Shown here piece after piece: positions 13,135 through 28,714 of a stretch of DNA of 64,000 bases. Both the position numbers and the translations under genes were made by a program. The stretch is from the human T2T-CHM13v2.0 reference genome, Homo sapiens. Every line of letters starts with the position of its first letter. Position 1 is the first letter of the stretch. Location: the NCBI RefSeq assembly GCF_009914755.1, contig NC_060930.1; one strand, 5' to 3'. Below the pieces are notes generated by a model. That model searched no databases and was not told the DNA's origin. It saw only the letters and a program-made list of their open reading frames with translations.

Positions 13135-16100
13135 TCAACTCCCACTTACGAGTGAGAACATGCAGTGTTTGGTTTTCTGTTCTTGGGTTAGTTTGCTGAG
13201 AATGATGGTTTCCAGCTTCATCCATGTCCCTGCAAAGGACATGAACTCATTCTTTTTTATGGCTGCAAAGTATTCCATGGTGTGTATGTGCCACATTTTC
13301 TTTATCCAGTCTATCATTGATGGGCATTTGGGTTGGTTCCAAGTCCTTGCTATTGTGAATATTGCTGCAATAAATATATGTGTGTATGTATCTTTACAGT
13401 AGAATGATTTACAATACTTTGACTATTTACCCATTAATGGAATTGCAGGGTCAAATGGTATTTCTGGTTCTAGATCCTTGAGGAATTGCCACACTGGCTT
13501 CCACAATGGTTGAACTAATTTACACTCCCATGAACAGTATAAAAGTATTCCTATTTCTCCGCATCCTCTCCAGCATCTGTTGTTTCCTGACTTTTTAATG
13601 ATCACCACTCTAACTGGCATGAAATGGTATCTCATTGTGGTTTTGATTTGCATTTCCCCAATGACCAGTGATGATGAGCTTTTTTTCAAATGTTTGTTGG
13701 CTGCATAAATGTCTTCTTTTGAGAAGTGTCTGTTCATATCCTTCACCCGCTTTTTGATAGGGTTGGGTTTTTTTGTAAACTTGTTTAAGTTTCTTGTAGA
13801 TTCTGGATATTAGCCCTTTGTCAGATGGATTACAAAAATTATTTCCCACTCTGTAGTTTGCCTGTTCACCCTGATGATAGTTTCTTTTTGCTGTGCAGAA
13901 GCTCTTTAGTTTAATTAGATCCCATTTGGTTTTGTTGCCATTGCTTTTGGTGTTTTAGTCATGAAGTCTTTGCCCATGCCTATGTCCTGAATGGTATTGC
14001 CTAGGCTTTCTTCTAGGGTTTTTATGGTTTTAGGTCTTACCTTTAAAACTTTAATCCATCTTGAGTTAATTTTTGTATAAGGTGTAAGGAAGGGGTCAAG
14101 TTTCAGTTTTCTGCATATGGCTTGCCAGTTTTCCCAACACCATTTATTAAATAGGAAATCCTTTCCCCACTGCTTGTTTTTGTCAAGTTTGTCAATGATC
14201 AGATGATTGTAGATGTGTGGTGTTATTTCTGAGGCCTCTGCTCTGTTCCATTAGTCTATATATCTGTTTTGGTACCAGTACCATGCTGTTTTATTTACTG
14301 TAACCTTGTAGTATAGTTTGAAGTCAGGTAATGTGATGCCTCCAGCTTTGTTCTTTCTGCTTAGGATTGCCTTGACTATATGGGCTCTTTTTTGGTTCCA
14401 CAGGAAATGTAAAGTAATTTTTTCTAATTCTGTGAAGAAAGTCAGTGGTAGCATTGAATCTATAAATTACTTTGGGCAGTATGAACATTTTCATGATATT
14501 GATTCTTCCTATCCATGAGCATGGAATGTTTTTCCATTTATTTGTGTCCTCTTTTACTTCCTTGAGCAATGGTTTTTAGTTCTCCTTGAAAAGGTGCTTC
14601 ACATCCCTTGTAAGTTGGATTCCTAAGTATTTTATTCTCTTTGCAGCAATTGTGAATGGGAGTTTGTTCATGATTTGGCTCTCTGTCTACTATTGGTGTA
14701 TAGCAATGCTTGTGATTTTTGCCATTGATTTTGGATTCTGAGACTTTGCTGAAGTTGCTTACCAGCTTAAGGAGATTTTGGGCTGGGATGATGGGGTTTT
14801 CTAAATATACAATCATATCATCTGCAAACAGACAATTTGCCTTCCTCTCTTCCTATTTGAATACCCTTGATTTCTTTCTTTTGCCTGATTGCCCTGGCCA
14901 GAACTTCCACTACTATGTTGAATAGGAGTGGTGAGAGAGGGCATCCTTGTCTTATGCCGGTTTTCAAAGGGAATGCTTCCAGCTTTTGCCCATTCAGTAT
15001 GATATTGACTGTGGGTTTGTCATAAATAGCTCTGATTATTTTGAGATATGTTCCATCAATACCTAGTTTATTGAGTGTTTTTAGCATGAAGGGGTATAGA
15101 ATTTTATGGAAGGCCTTTTCTGCATCTATTGAGATAATCACGTGGTTTTTGTCATTGGTTCCATTTATGTGATGGATTACGTTTATTGATTTGCATATAT
15201 TGAACCAGCCTTGCATCCCAAGGATGAAGCCGACTTGATCGTGGTGGATAAGCTTTTTAATGTGCTGCTAGATTTGGTTTGTCAGTATTTTATTGAAGAT
15301 TTTTGCATCAATGTTCATCAGGGATATTGGCCTGAAATTTTCTTTTTTTGTTGTGTCTCTGCCTGGTTTTGGTATCTGGATGATGTTGGCCTCATAAAAT
15401 GAGTTAGGGAGGAGTCCCTCTTTTTCTATTGTTTCAAATAGTTTCAGAAGGAATGGTACCAGCTCTTTTGTACTTCTGGTAAAATTCAGCTGTGAATCTG
15501 TCTGGTCCTGGGTTTTTTTTGGTTGGTAGGCTATTAATTACTGCCTCAATTACAGAACTTGTTATTGGTCTATTCAGGGATTCAATTTCTTCCTGGTTTA
15601 GTCTAGGGAAGATGTATGTGTCCAGGAATTTATCCATTTCTTCTACATTTTCTAGTTTATTTGCACAGAGGTGTTTATAGTATTCTCTGATGGTAGTTTG
15701 TATTCCTGTAGGATCAGTGGTGATCTCCCGTTTATCATTTTTTATCATGTCTCTTTGATTCTTCTCTCTTTTCTTCTTTGTTAGTCTGGCTAGCAGTATA
15801 TTTTGTTGATCTTTTCAAAAAAGCAGCTCCTGGATTCATTGAACTTTTTTTTTTTTTTTTTTTTTTTTTTAAGACAGAGCCTTGCTCCACCTCCTGGGTT
15901 CAGGCCATTCTTCTGCCTCAGCCTCCTGAGCAGCTGGGACTACAGGCACCCACCACCATGCCCATCTAATTTTTTTTTTTTTTTTGTATTTTTAGTAGAG
16001 ATGGGGTTTCACCATGTTAGCCTGGATGGTCTTGATCTCCTGACCTTGTGATCCACCTGCCTCAGCCTCCCAAAGTGCTGGGATTACAGGCATGAGCCAC

Positions 16101-17195
16101 AGCACCCAGCCCATTCATTGACTTTTTGAAGGTTTTTTTGTGTCTCTATCTCCTTCAGTTCTGCTCTGATCTTAGTTATTTCTTGTCTTCTGCTAGCTTT
16201 TGAATTTGTTTGCTCTTGCTTCTCTAGTTCTTTTAATTGTGATGTTAGGGTGTTGACTTTAGATCTTTCTTGCTTTCTCCTGTGAGCGTTTAGTGCTATA
16301 AATTTCCCTCTAAACACTGCTTTAGCTGTGTCCCAGAGATTCTGGTACATTGTGTCTTTGTTCTCATTGGTTTCAAAGAACTTATTTATTTCTGCCTTAA
16401 TTTCATTACTTACCCAGTAGTCATTCAGGAGCAGGTTGTTCAGTTTCCATGTAGTTGTGCAGTTTTGAGTGAGCTTCTTAATCCTGATTTCTAATTTGAT
16501 TGCACTGTAGTCTGAGAGAGTGTTTGTTGTGATTTCCGTTCTTTTGCATTTGCTGAGGATTGTTTTACTTCCAATTATGTGATCTATTTTAGAATAAGTG
16601 CTATGTGGTGCTGAGAAGAATGTATATTCTGTTGATTTGGGGTGGAGAGTTCTGTAGCTGTCTATTAGGTCCTCTTGGTCCAGAGCTGAGTTCAAGTCCT
16701 GAAAATCCTGTTAATTTTCTGTCTCATTGATCTGTCTAATATTGACAGTGGGGTGTTAAATTCTCCCACTATTATTGTGTGGCAGTCTAAGTCTCTTTGT
16801 AGGTCTCGAAGAACTTGCTTTATGAATCTGGGTGCTCCTGTATTGGGTGCATATATATTTAGGATAGTTAGCTCTTCTTGTTGCATTGATCCCTTTACCA
16901 TTATGTAATGCCCTTCTTTGTCTTTTTTGATCTTTGTTGGTTTAAAGTCTGTTTTATCAGAGACTAGGATTGCAACCCCTGCTTTTTTTTGCTTCCCATT
17001 TGCTTGGTAAATCTTCCTCCATCCCTTTATTTTGAGCCTATGAGTGTATTTGCTTGTGAGATGGGCCTCCTGAATAAAGCACACCAATGGGGCTTGACTC
17101 TTTATCCAATTTGCCAGTCTGTGCCTTTTAATTGGGTCATTTAGCCCATTGACATTTAAGGTTAACATTGTTATGTGTTAATTTCATCCTGTCAT
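13135..17195 (-). pseudogene. L1 ORF2p (endonuclease, RT, C-domain), disrupted by frameshifts and an Alu
   Basis: [67 protein letters not shown]. Confidence 0.92.
15845..16112 (-). mobile_element. AluSc/Y-like, inserted in L1 ORF2; ~50-bp internal deletion
   Basis: TSD attcattga on both sides; ttgctc joined directly to cacctcc (GCTC microhomology). Confidence 0.9.
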
Positions 17196-17258
17196 TATGA
17201 GGCTAGCTGGTTATTTTGCCGATTAGTTGATGCAGTTTTTTCATAGTGTCAATGGTCT

Positions 17259-18289
17259 TTACGTTTTGGTTTGTTTTTGCAGTGGCTGGTACCAGTTGTT
17301 CCTTTCCATATTTAGTGCTTCCTTCAGGAGCTCTTGTAATGCAGGGCTGGTGGTGACATAATCCCTCAGCATTTGCTTGTCTGTAAGAGTTTTTATTTCT
17401 CCTTTACTTACGAAGCTTAGTTTGGCTGCATATGAATTTCTGGGTTGAATATTCTTTTCTTTAAGAATATTGAATATTGGCCCCCACACTCTTCTGGCTT
17501 GTAGGGTTTCTGCAGAGAGATCCACTGTTAGTTTGATGGGTTTCCCTTTGTGGATAACCTGACCTTTCTCTCTTGCTGCCCTTAACATTTTTTCTTTCCT
17601 TCATTTCAACCTTGATGAATCTGATGATTATGTGTCTTGGGGTTGCTCTTCTCGAGGAGTATCTTTGTAGTGGTCTCTGTATTTCCCGAATTTGAATGTT
17701 GGCCTGTCTTGCTAGGTTGCGGGGGGTTCTCCTGGATAATATCCTGAAGTGTGATTTCCAACTTGGTTCCATTCTCCCTGTCACTTTCAGGTACACCAAT
17801 CAAACATAGGTTTGGTCTTTCCACATAGTCCCATATTTCTTGGAGGCTTTTTTCATTCCTTTTCATTCTTTTTTCTCTAATCTTTTCTTCATGCTTTATT
17901 TCATTAAGTTGATCTTCAATCTCTGATATCCTTTCTTCTGCTTGATTGATTCGGCTATTGATGTATGTGTATGCTTCACGATGTTCTCGTGCTGTGTTTT
18001 TCAGTTCCATCAGGTCATTTATGTTCTTCTCTAAACTGGTTATTCTAGTTAGCAACTTCTCTAACCTTTTATCAAGTTTCTTATCTTCCTTGCATTGGTT
18101 TAGAACAGGCTCCTTTAGCTTGCAGGAGTTTGTTATTACCCACCTTCTGAAGCCTACTTCTGTCAATTTGTCAAACTCATTCTCCATCCAGTTTTGTTCC
18201 ATTGCTGGCGAGGAGTTGTGATCCTTTGGAGGAGAAGAGGTGTTCTGGGTTTTAGAATTTTCAGCCTTGTTGTGCTGGTTTTTCCTCAT
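17259..18289 (-). pseudogene. L1 ORF1p, frameshifted
   Basis: MRKNQHNKAENSK...REKRMKRNEKSLQEIWDYVERPNL; C-terminus ...LKEALNMERNNWYQPLQK in another frame. Confidence 0.9.
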
Positions 18290-18993
18290 CTTCGTGGATT
18301 TATCTACCTTTGGTCTTTGCTGTTGGTGACCTGTGGATGGAGTTTTTGCATGGTCGTCCTTTTTGTTGATGTTGATGCTATTGCTTTCTGTTTGTTAGTT
18401 TTCCTTCTAACAGGCCCCTCTTCTGCAGATCTGCTGGAATTTACTGGAGGTCAACTCCAGACCCTGTTTGCCTGGGTATCATGAGTGAAGGCTGCAGAAC
18501 AGCAAAGATTGCTGCCTGCTCCTTCCTCTAGAAGCTTCATCCCAGAGAGGCACCTGCCAGATGCCAGCTAGAGCTCTCCTGTATGAGGTGTCTGTCGACC
18601 CCTCCTGGGAGGTGTCTCCCAGTTAGGAGCCACCAGTGTTAGGGACCCACCTGAGGAGGCAGTCTGTCCCTTAGCAGAATTCAAGCACTGTGCTGTGAGA
18701 TCGGCTGCTCTCTTCAGAGCTGGCAGGCAGGAACGTTTAAGTCTGCTGAAGCTGTGCCCGTGGCCGCCCCTTCCCCCAGGTGCTCTGTCCCAGGGAGATG
18801 GAAGTTTTATCTATAAGCCCATGACTGGGGCTGCTGCCTTTCTTTCAGAAGTGCCCTGACCGGAGAGAAGGAATCTAGACAGGCAGTCTAGCTATAGTGG
18901 CTTTGTGGCGCAGTGGTGGGCTCTACCCAGCCCGAACTTCCAGGTACCTTTGTTAACACTGTGAGGGGAAAATCACTTACTCAAGCCTCAGTA

Positions 18994-19212
18994 ATGGCAG
19001 ACACCCCTCCCCCCACCAAGCTGGAGCATCCCAGGTTGACTTCAGACTGCTTTGCTGGCAGCAAGAATTTCAAGCCAGTGGATCTTAGCTTGCTGGGCTC
19101 CATGGGGGTGGGACCCACCAAGCCAGACCACTTGGCTCCCTGGCTTCAGTCCCCTTTCCAGGGGAGGGAAAGGTTCTGTATTGCTGGCATTCCAGGTGCC
19201 ACTGGGGTATGA
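18994..19212 (+). CDS. L1 antisense ORF0-like frame, 72 aa; translation unproven
   Basis: gtaATGG (strong Kozak). MADTPPPTKLEHPRLTSDCFAGS...SMGVGPTKP aligns by eye with recalled ORF0 MAGAPPPASLPPCSLISDCCAS...SVGVGPSEP. Lies antisense within the L1 5' UTR. Confidence 0.5.
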   Translation: MADTPPPTKLEHPRLTSDCFAGSKNFKPVDLSLLGSMGVGPTKPDHLAPWLQSPFQGRERFCIAGIPGATGV

Positions 19213-19568
19213 AAAAAACTCCTGCAGCTAGCTCAGTGTCTGCCCAAATCACCACCCAGTTTTGTATTTGAAATCCAGGGTTATTGTGGTATAGCCACCT
19301 GAGGGAATCTCCTGGTCTGTGGGTTGTGAAGACTGTGGGAAAAGCGTAGTATCTGGGCTGTAATGCACTGTCCCTCACGGCACAGTCCCTCATGGCTTCC
19401 TTTGGCTAGGGGAGGGAGTTCCCCGACCCCTTGTGCTTCCCAGGTGAGGCAACACCCCACCCTGCTCTGTTTGCCCTCCATGGGCTGCATTCACTGTCTA
19501 ACCAGTCCCATTGAGATGAACCAGGTACTTCATTTGGAAATGCAGAAATCACCTGCCTTCTGCGTTGA

Positions 19569-19952
<384 letters not shown>

Positions 19953-21426
19953 TGATACATAAACACATGGTATCTTTGGTAAAGTAATACAAGAATAATA
20001 TTTCAGGATTTCCTTTCTCCATAAATGTTTGTACCTAGCTTTAGCAGTTGTAACACTACTGAGGTTTTTTATGGCTTTTTTAAAACATTGGTTGAGATGG
20101 AACTATGGGTGCTGATTTTAATTTTCATATGACCAAATAAAGATGCATGTGACCCCAGGAGGTTTCTTCTAGGACAGCAGTCCCCATATTTTTTTGTCCT
20201 ATGGTTCCTTTTCATCCTTAAAATTTCTGAGAATCCAATTTGCTTTTGTTTATATGGGTTATTTCTATTGATACTCTTTTAAAAACTAAAACTGAGAGAA
20301 CTTAAAAATATTAGTTCACTTTAAAATAACAAAGCTTTACATTTTATCATAAATACTTTAGAAAAATTAAGTTTGTTTTAAAAAATAAAATTAATAAAAA
20401 GAGTTGCATTTTAAAAATATTTTTGAAGATCTTTTTTGAGCCTGCCTTAATAGAAGACAGCTAGGATGTCATATCCGTTTCAGCATGTACATTGTTGTGA
20501 TATGTGGTATTAGTTAAAGCATATAAAGAAAATCTGGCATCTCAATATCTATGATCTAGAAAAGGAAGAGTATTTTAATATTCTTCCAGATAATTGTGGC
20601 TATCCCTCTTTTACACTACAGCAAAACTCAACAAGTGGTCCTTTCTGAAAGGTTAACTGTAATACGGAATAAGAAACCATATCAATGAACTTTTATTTTC
20701 TGTTACATTAAAATCCACTGTTCTTTCTTACTCTTTGAATGGATCTTTTACCCAGGCATAATTTTGTAACATTTGGACTATCTTGATTCCCTGAGTTACG
20801 GAGATCTCCCAAATGTTGGTGCATTTCATTATGTAATATCAAAAACACATTCATTAATATCCCCACCATTCTCATCAGAAAAGTCTTTATGTATTGGAAA
20901 GTTATGAAGTTCATGGTGGCAAATACAAATTTTCCAAAACTCAAATTGTCACTTGCAAGCTCAAACTTTATCACTGGCAACAAATGCTATCAGTGTTCCT
21001 TAAAGTGACAGAAGCAATTTGTTCATTAAAAAAAAAAAAAATTAGCCAAGTAGTCATCTCTTAATACCAACAGTTTGTTCATTGGTCATTCTTTCAGCTG
21101 AAAATGGTGTTCCAAGAAAAACATGGTTAGTTCAACTCCACAAATCCTTTTCCTCAAGATAACCATCATAACTCACATGCAGTAGAAGTGTTTTCTATGC
21201 ATACTTTCCACTTAGTCAAACAGGATTAAAAACATATATGCTCAATAGCCAAGATTTAGCAACAATAATTTATACTATTCTATTGAAGATCCTATCAAGT
21301 AAAGCTGGCCTTTTGTTTTTTAAACTGCAAGTGTGTGGCAATGACAATTAATGCAGTTTGAAACCACTTCCTTAATTTTTCCCAAGGCACCAGCTATGTT
21401 GCCTACCATTAATTTTGTACTACCAT

Positions 21427-21727
21427 TATTATTATTATTATTATTTGAGATGGAGTCTCGCTCTGTCACCCAGACTGAAGTGCAGTGGTGCAATCTCTGC
21501 TCATTGCAACCTCCGCCTCCTGGGTTCAAGAGATTCTCCTGCCTCAGCTTCCTGAGTAGCTGGGACTACAGGCACGCACCACCACACCTGACTAATTTTT
21601 GTATTTTTAGTAGAGATGGGGTTGCACCATGTTGGCCAGGCTGGTCTCAAACTCCTGACCTCAAGTGATCTGCCCACCTCAGCCTCCCAGAGTGCTAGGA
21701 TTACAGGCATGAGCCTTCGCCCTGCCT
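21427..21727 (-). mobile_element. AluS with (TAA)n-derived tail
   Basis: Full dimer; TSD-like actaccattatt / actgccattatt. Confidence 0.93.
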
Positions 21728-21767
21728 GCACTGCCATTATTTGACCACAGAAAGGGTTTATATTCAT

Positions 21768-21832
21768 GTTTTTCTTTTTTCTTTTCTCTCTTTTTTTTTT
21801 TTTTTTGAGACAGAGTCTTGCTCTGTCACCCA
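21768..21832 (-). mobile_element. Severely 5'-truncated Alu 3' end
   Basis: Poly-T plus only gagacagagtcttgctctgtcaccca. Confidence 0.8.
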
Positions 21833-22328
21833 AAATGACTACTATCTTCTGCAATAGTGCCTTATGTAACATATCTGGGAAACACTGTATTAAATACCCT
21901 CTTTAGTCCTTTCTACTTCAACATCCAATGAAAATTTATGGTTGCATCTATCTGCCATATTATCTCTTTGAACTGACATAACTTTAGGGAATGGAGAAAT
22001 TTTACCAATTTTTATTAAGCTTCAATATTCTTTTCTATGATTTGTTAATCAAGTTTTTATTTACATCTGCAGTGTCTAACACAGTGCCTGGAACAGGATA
22101 TGTGTTTTGAAAATGTTTACTGCTTTATATCTTATCACTCTTAAAAGAGAATTGGAGGCACACTTTTGCAAAAACACACACAATATGACAAATGCATTCT
22201 AAAACTCCAATCAAACAAAAAGGTACAGCATGAACAATTATAACTGGGTTGTAAATTTGACCCCAAGCTTCCTGAAGTCCAAAGAAACATGAAATTTCAA
22301 TCAGTCATTATAGAAAAGCCACATTATT

Positions 22329-22630
<302 letters not shown>

Positions 22631-24952
22631 TTATCAACTTAAATTTTAATAGGAATTGACCAGAAGATAATTGAGGGTCATGCGAAATGATTCCAAGCCA
22701 CATCCAGAGGTGGACTGAGACAGTTTAATAAATATTAGATATAGACTTCTGTTCTAATTTATGACTAGTAAAATATAACTTTTCTATAATTTGACTACGT
22801 CATTGATAATTTTTATAAAAGTTACTTCTGATTATACTTGCAAGGAGCCAAGTTGTCTATGAAGTAATCTAGGGAGTTCTCTCTCTCATTTGTTGCATAA
22901 GTTAAAATCCTCTCATTATTCACTATGAAATCTCTAAACTCACAACAACACATGCCAATCATTCTAGGATTAAAGTTGGTAAGGAAGCCTACATGTATTT
23001 ATTCATATATTTACGTATTCAGAAATTGAGCATCTTCTGTGTACAAAACCACAGCATATGTGGTATAATCACCTGTGTAAGACCTTCATACTTGCTTCAA
23101 GTCAGGTATCCAGATAATATGTCCTACAAATAATTTTTTTCCTAAAAAAAAATACTTATAATACTTAAGAAGCAGCTAAAAGTAACCAACTTTTGCATTC
23201 AGTAGGGGCAAACTGTATTCAGTGCTTGGATAAGAATTCATATCAAGTATATGTGCTAATAAGCTTCGGTCTACACAATATAATATGAAGGTGTGTAGAA
23301 AATATAAATGGATTTGAAGTGATTTGGGGGACAGATGAATTAGGTGTGGAGAGAAAAAAGAGGAAGATTACATGTTAAAGCAAGAAAGTGTGAGTAACAA
23401 AACTGAGAACCAGGCTCTGTTTTCGTTTTGCAGTTACTAGTGAAGCAATCTTGAATAAACCTTTCAAAAACTTTTTCTCTCACTCTTCTAAACGTGAGTC
23501 CTTCACTACAACAAGGTGGTTATGCTCATGTCTTGGAAATTCAGGTTTAGTCTACCTAATCATTGTGGCTTTATTCAAGCTGGTCTCTATCAAAGAATAG
23601 TCTCTTCCATTCCTCTCCTCCCATTCAAAATTTTATCTGTTCTCCAAGACAGTCAAGACAGAGTTCAAACTTCATGTCATACATGAAACCATCCTCAATA
23701 TTTTGCATCTCATGGCATTTTCATCCCCCTCTTAATTCTTAGAGCATGTAAAAAATGTATACCATTAATTTAGAAAATAATTCACAGCCTTTGACTCTTA
23801 ACTATTTGGTCATCAGATGTTACATCTCCCTATTTAGCTGCTATTAGCCTTACAATACTAAATTCTAGCATTCTCAGTCGCTGACACAATACTAAATACA
23901 TACGTGATAGTGGATCAATAAGTACTTGTAGAATTTAATGGAAATTCGCTGATCTATGAAAGATTACTTACTGCCTAACAATGATGAAGAGAGATTTCTA
24001 TTAACAAGACAGTCACTAGTTATCAAAGTGATTCTTAGACCATCTGATCATTAAAAGCCTCCCAGCCGGCTGCATGAGTATCTTTAATAGGATGTTTCCC
24101 CCAAAACACTCTACCCGGACCTTCATCGTTTTCACTTTGTCTTTTTATTAAGCACACCCACTAGGCTTTCCCACCCTGTCAATTGTCTGTGGTTCATTTA
24201 TTCATGTAATAGAGCTGGACAGATCATAGTGAGTAATAAAATAATGTTATTTCCCATTTCACTGTGTTGTGCCCATTTTGTTGTGTCAGGAACTCCTATA
24301 TAGGGACATTATATTCATCCTTACTCATTAAGCTCTTTTCAGTTTATAGTTCCATTGGTGAATAAATGAAAGTGTTTCATTATTGTCACAGCTGTTTTGG
24401 CAAATTATAATGTTTTCATAGATTTTAACATGATTTTGACTTGCTTATTTCAGAATAAAAATAATAATAATTTATATAGTGCAAAAAGAGCAGTTATTAT
24501 ACTAAGTCAGTGAAGGAGCCAGCCCACGTCATGAAAATCCTCATGGCATCTTTGCTCACACATGGAAGTGCCCAGGTAGATTACATGTGACCCTGAAAAA
24601 TCTGTTAGATGCGCATCACCAGGGTGACTAGAATCATCATGCTGGAATTGTGCAGCTTATTAATTCTCCTTAACTTTGCATGATGATACTTAATAGGTCT
24701 ATTCTAATTCTTTCCTACATTTATATTGTTAGAGGATAAAAGGGAAGAAAAATCTTTTAAAGAACAAACACATAGGCTTGATTTGGCATCCCATATTCAA
24801 TGGTCCTTTAAGACAATATACTTCAGTTAGCTTTTCCAAACAAGTATCATCCAAAAGGTTAACATAGGATAGATGTTAGATAAATAATGGACCTAAAGAT
24901 CCAGGGATGACATTTTCTCAAGCTGGAAACAATCTGAGCAACATGAAATTAA

Positions 24953-26418
<1,466 letters not shown>

Positions 26419-26420
26419 GA

Positions 26421-26645
26421 ATATATATATTATATATATATATTCCCTTTATATATATATATTATATATATTCCCTTTATATATATTATATATATATATT
26501 CCCTTTATATATATATTATATATATTCCCTTTATATATATATTATATATATTCCCTTTATATATATATTATATATATTCCCTTTACATATATATTATATA
26601 TATATTCCCTTTATATATATATAATATATATATATTCCCTTTATA
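26421..26645. repeat. AT-rich minisatellite, ~8 units of (AT)n-TT-(AT)n-TTCCCTTT
   Basis: ttcccttt recurs 8 times at 26-30 bp spacing, at the position of the L1 tail. Confidence 0.92.
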
Positions 26646-27139
26646 ATTACCTTGAGACTTCATGTAATTGATCTAATTACACCCCCTATGTGAAGCATTC
26701 ACATTGCCTTTTTATGATCGAAACCTAAACTTTAATATTTTCTTCATGAATCATTGATGGCAGGCCCAAACTGAAACCCAGAAGAACTGCTGAGCTAAGA
26801 AATCTTCAACTCTGTCAGCTAATTCAGCAAAAAGAATTTACAACAAAGAATCCTTAAGGATGTGTGTGACTTGTCTGGTGCAGCATTTTCAGGACTAGGA
26901 GGAATCACACATCTCGAGGATCCACCCAGAATTCCTCAGGAGTTATATTTATCATCACAAATGGTCCTGCTAAAACACTGAAGACAGATGACTTGTAGCA
27001 TAGTATTTTGTGATCTGTATTGAACAATCCATTTGATCAGAGATCTAAACTCAGAATTAGAATTGCTGTAAATCTTTAATAATCACTAGAACCCTTCCTA
27101 CCATTTATGATATGCTCTGTTTCAGATACCGAGCCCAAT

Positions 27140-27245
27140 TAAATTGACATTAATGTCACCATTTTACAGATATCTGAAAATCAATGAAGTTAAATAACTT
27201 GCAACAGGTCACGCAGCTAAAAATTAGAAAGAGACCAAATGGAAG
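27140..27245 (-). mobile_element. MIR fragment
   Basis: ccattttacagat...aagttaaataacttgcaacaggtcacgcagcta. Confidence 0.65.
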
Positions 27246-27289
27246 AGTGTGAAGTGAGGTGTAAGTGGAAAGAAGGACTAATATATAAA

Positions 27290-28320
27290 AGGTGTCATAT
27301 GGATAATAAACATTTTATTCTTTATTCTGAGAACAATGTGATGCTACTGGAAGATTTTTAGAAAAAAAGAATGAGATGACATAGAATAGATGTGGATACG
27401 TCACTTGAGGGGCAAATGTAGTGGTCCAGATAAAAGTAGATAGTAGCTTGGACAAGAATGATGCTGGTGGAAAGGTTAAAAACAGGAACATTTGAGAGAT
27501 ATTCAGTATGATCACATTGACAGGAGTTGGTGATATATTGGATATGAAGAGTAAGGGAGAAGTCGGCATCAAGAACAACTCATGGGTTTCTGGCTAATAG
27601 AAATAGACCGATGAGAATATCCTTTACTGAGATAAAGAGTACTGAGTGATGCACGGCAAAATTCTAAGTTCTGGGTGGGACATGTTGAGTTTAAGATATG
27701 CTTGAGATATCAAGAGAAGTCAGTGGACAGTTGGACATAGGGGATTGAATTTAGATGGGAGGTCTTAAATGAAAATATACCTTTGTCAGTCATCTGGGCA
27801 TCCATGGTAATTGAAATATAGTTTGGGCTGAGATTTCTTCGGGGAGGAATATAGCATAAGGAAAAACGGGGGGTGGGGAGCAAGGACTATGCTTTGAGGA
27901 AGATGGGCACGCATGAAGGACGCAGAAGAACTGGTCAGAAAATTTAAAATAATAAAAAAGTGTACAAGAAAAGTTGAGAGAAGAAATTATCTCAAATAGA
28001 AGGGTGTGGTTATCAGAGTCAGATCAGGTAATTGAGCTCTGACATTATTCATTGAATTCAGCTACATTGAAGACATTGGTGATGTTCACAAACAGTATTT
28101 TGGTAGATTGTTGAGGGCATAAGTTAGATTGCAATGGATTTGAGAGGAGTAAAAAAAAATGGAGACAATGATTATAGACAACTCTTTCAAGAAATGTGGT
28201 TGTGAATAGGGAGAGGAGAAATAGGACAAAAACTTAGGAGGGTTATGTGAGGTTCAGGAATTTATTTTATCTAAGAGAGATTTAAACAAGTATAAGTGTG
28301 CATAGAAATGATCCATACTC
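27290..28320 (-). mobile_element. L2 LINE fragment
   Basis: Purine-rich antisense L2 motifs (gggtttctggc, ggacatgttgagtttaagat, gtggacagttggacataggg). Confidence 0.75.
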
Positions 28321-28714
28321 ATGGTGGAGGTGAAGACTGTGATCCACATGCCAAAGTCATTAATAAATGGACACCCAGAGGCTGCCAGATGACATAAACC
28401 AGGAAATAAAAAGAATGATAGAGCTGAATGGCATGAGTTTCAAAATATTTTTTTCTTATAGAAGAGTAAGAGAGTGCTAAGTTGGAAGAAGCAAAGATAA
28501 CAACAGTTTGTTTCATCACCAACCGCAGGTTTGGCACGAGTAGTAAAAGAATAAATAGCACTGCTTTGAGAGAGCTATAAGAAACGTCCTGTCCTCAGAA
28601 GATGGGCTGGTTTCAGCAAAGGCAAGAAGGACTTGGGAAAATTGAGAAGAGATTAGGATACAAGGGCCTCTGTCTATTAGACTGTGAGATCCTGGAGATC
28701 AAGGATTCTGCCAT

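Larger units (their letters stand above)
20175..21887 (-). mobile_element. Charlie1a-like hAT DNA transposon with two Alu insertions
   Basis: Termini cagcagtcccc...gcttttgtttatatgggttatttctattgata and ...gggaaacactg; internal Charlie1-like sequence (ttgcaagctcaaactttatcactggcaacaaat). Confidence 0.75.

Noticed and set aside
20708-20983. Domesticated Charlie transposase ORF
   Set aside because: Short, non-ATG start, inside a degenerate non-autonomous element.
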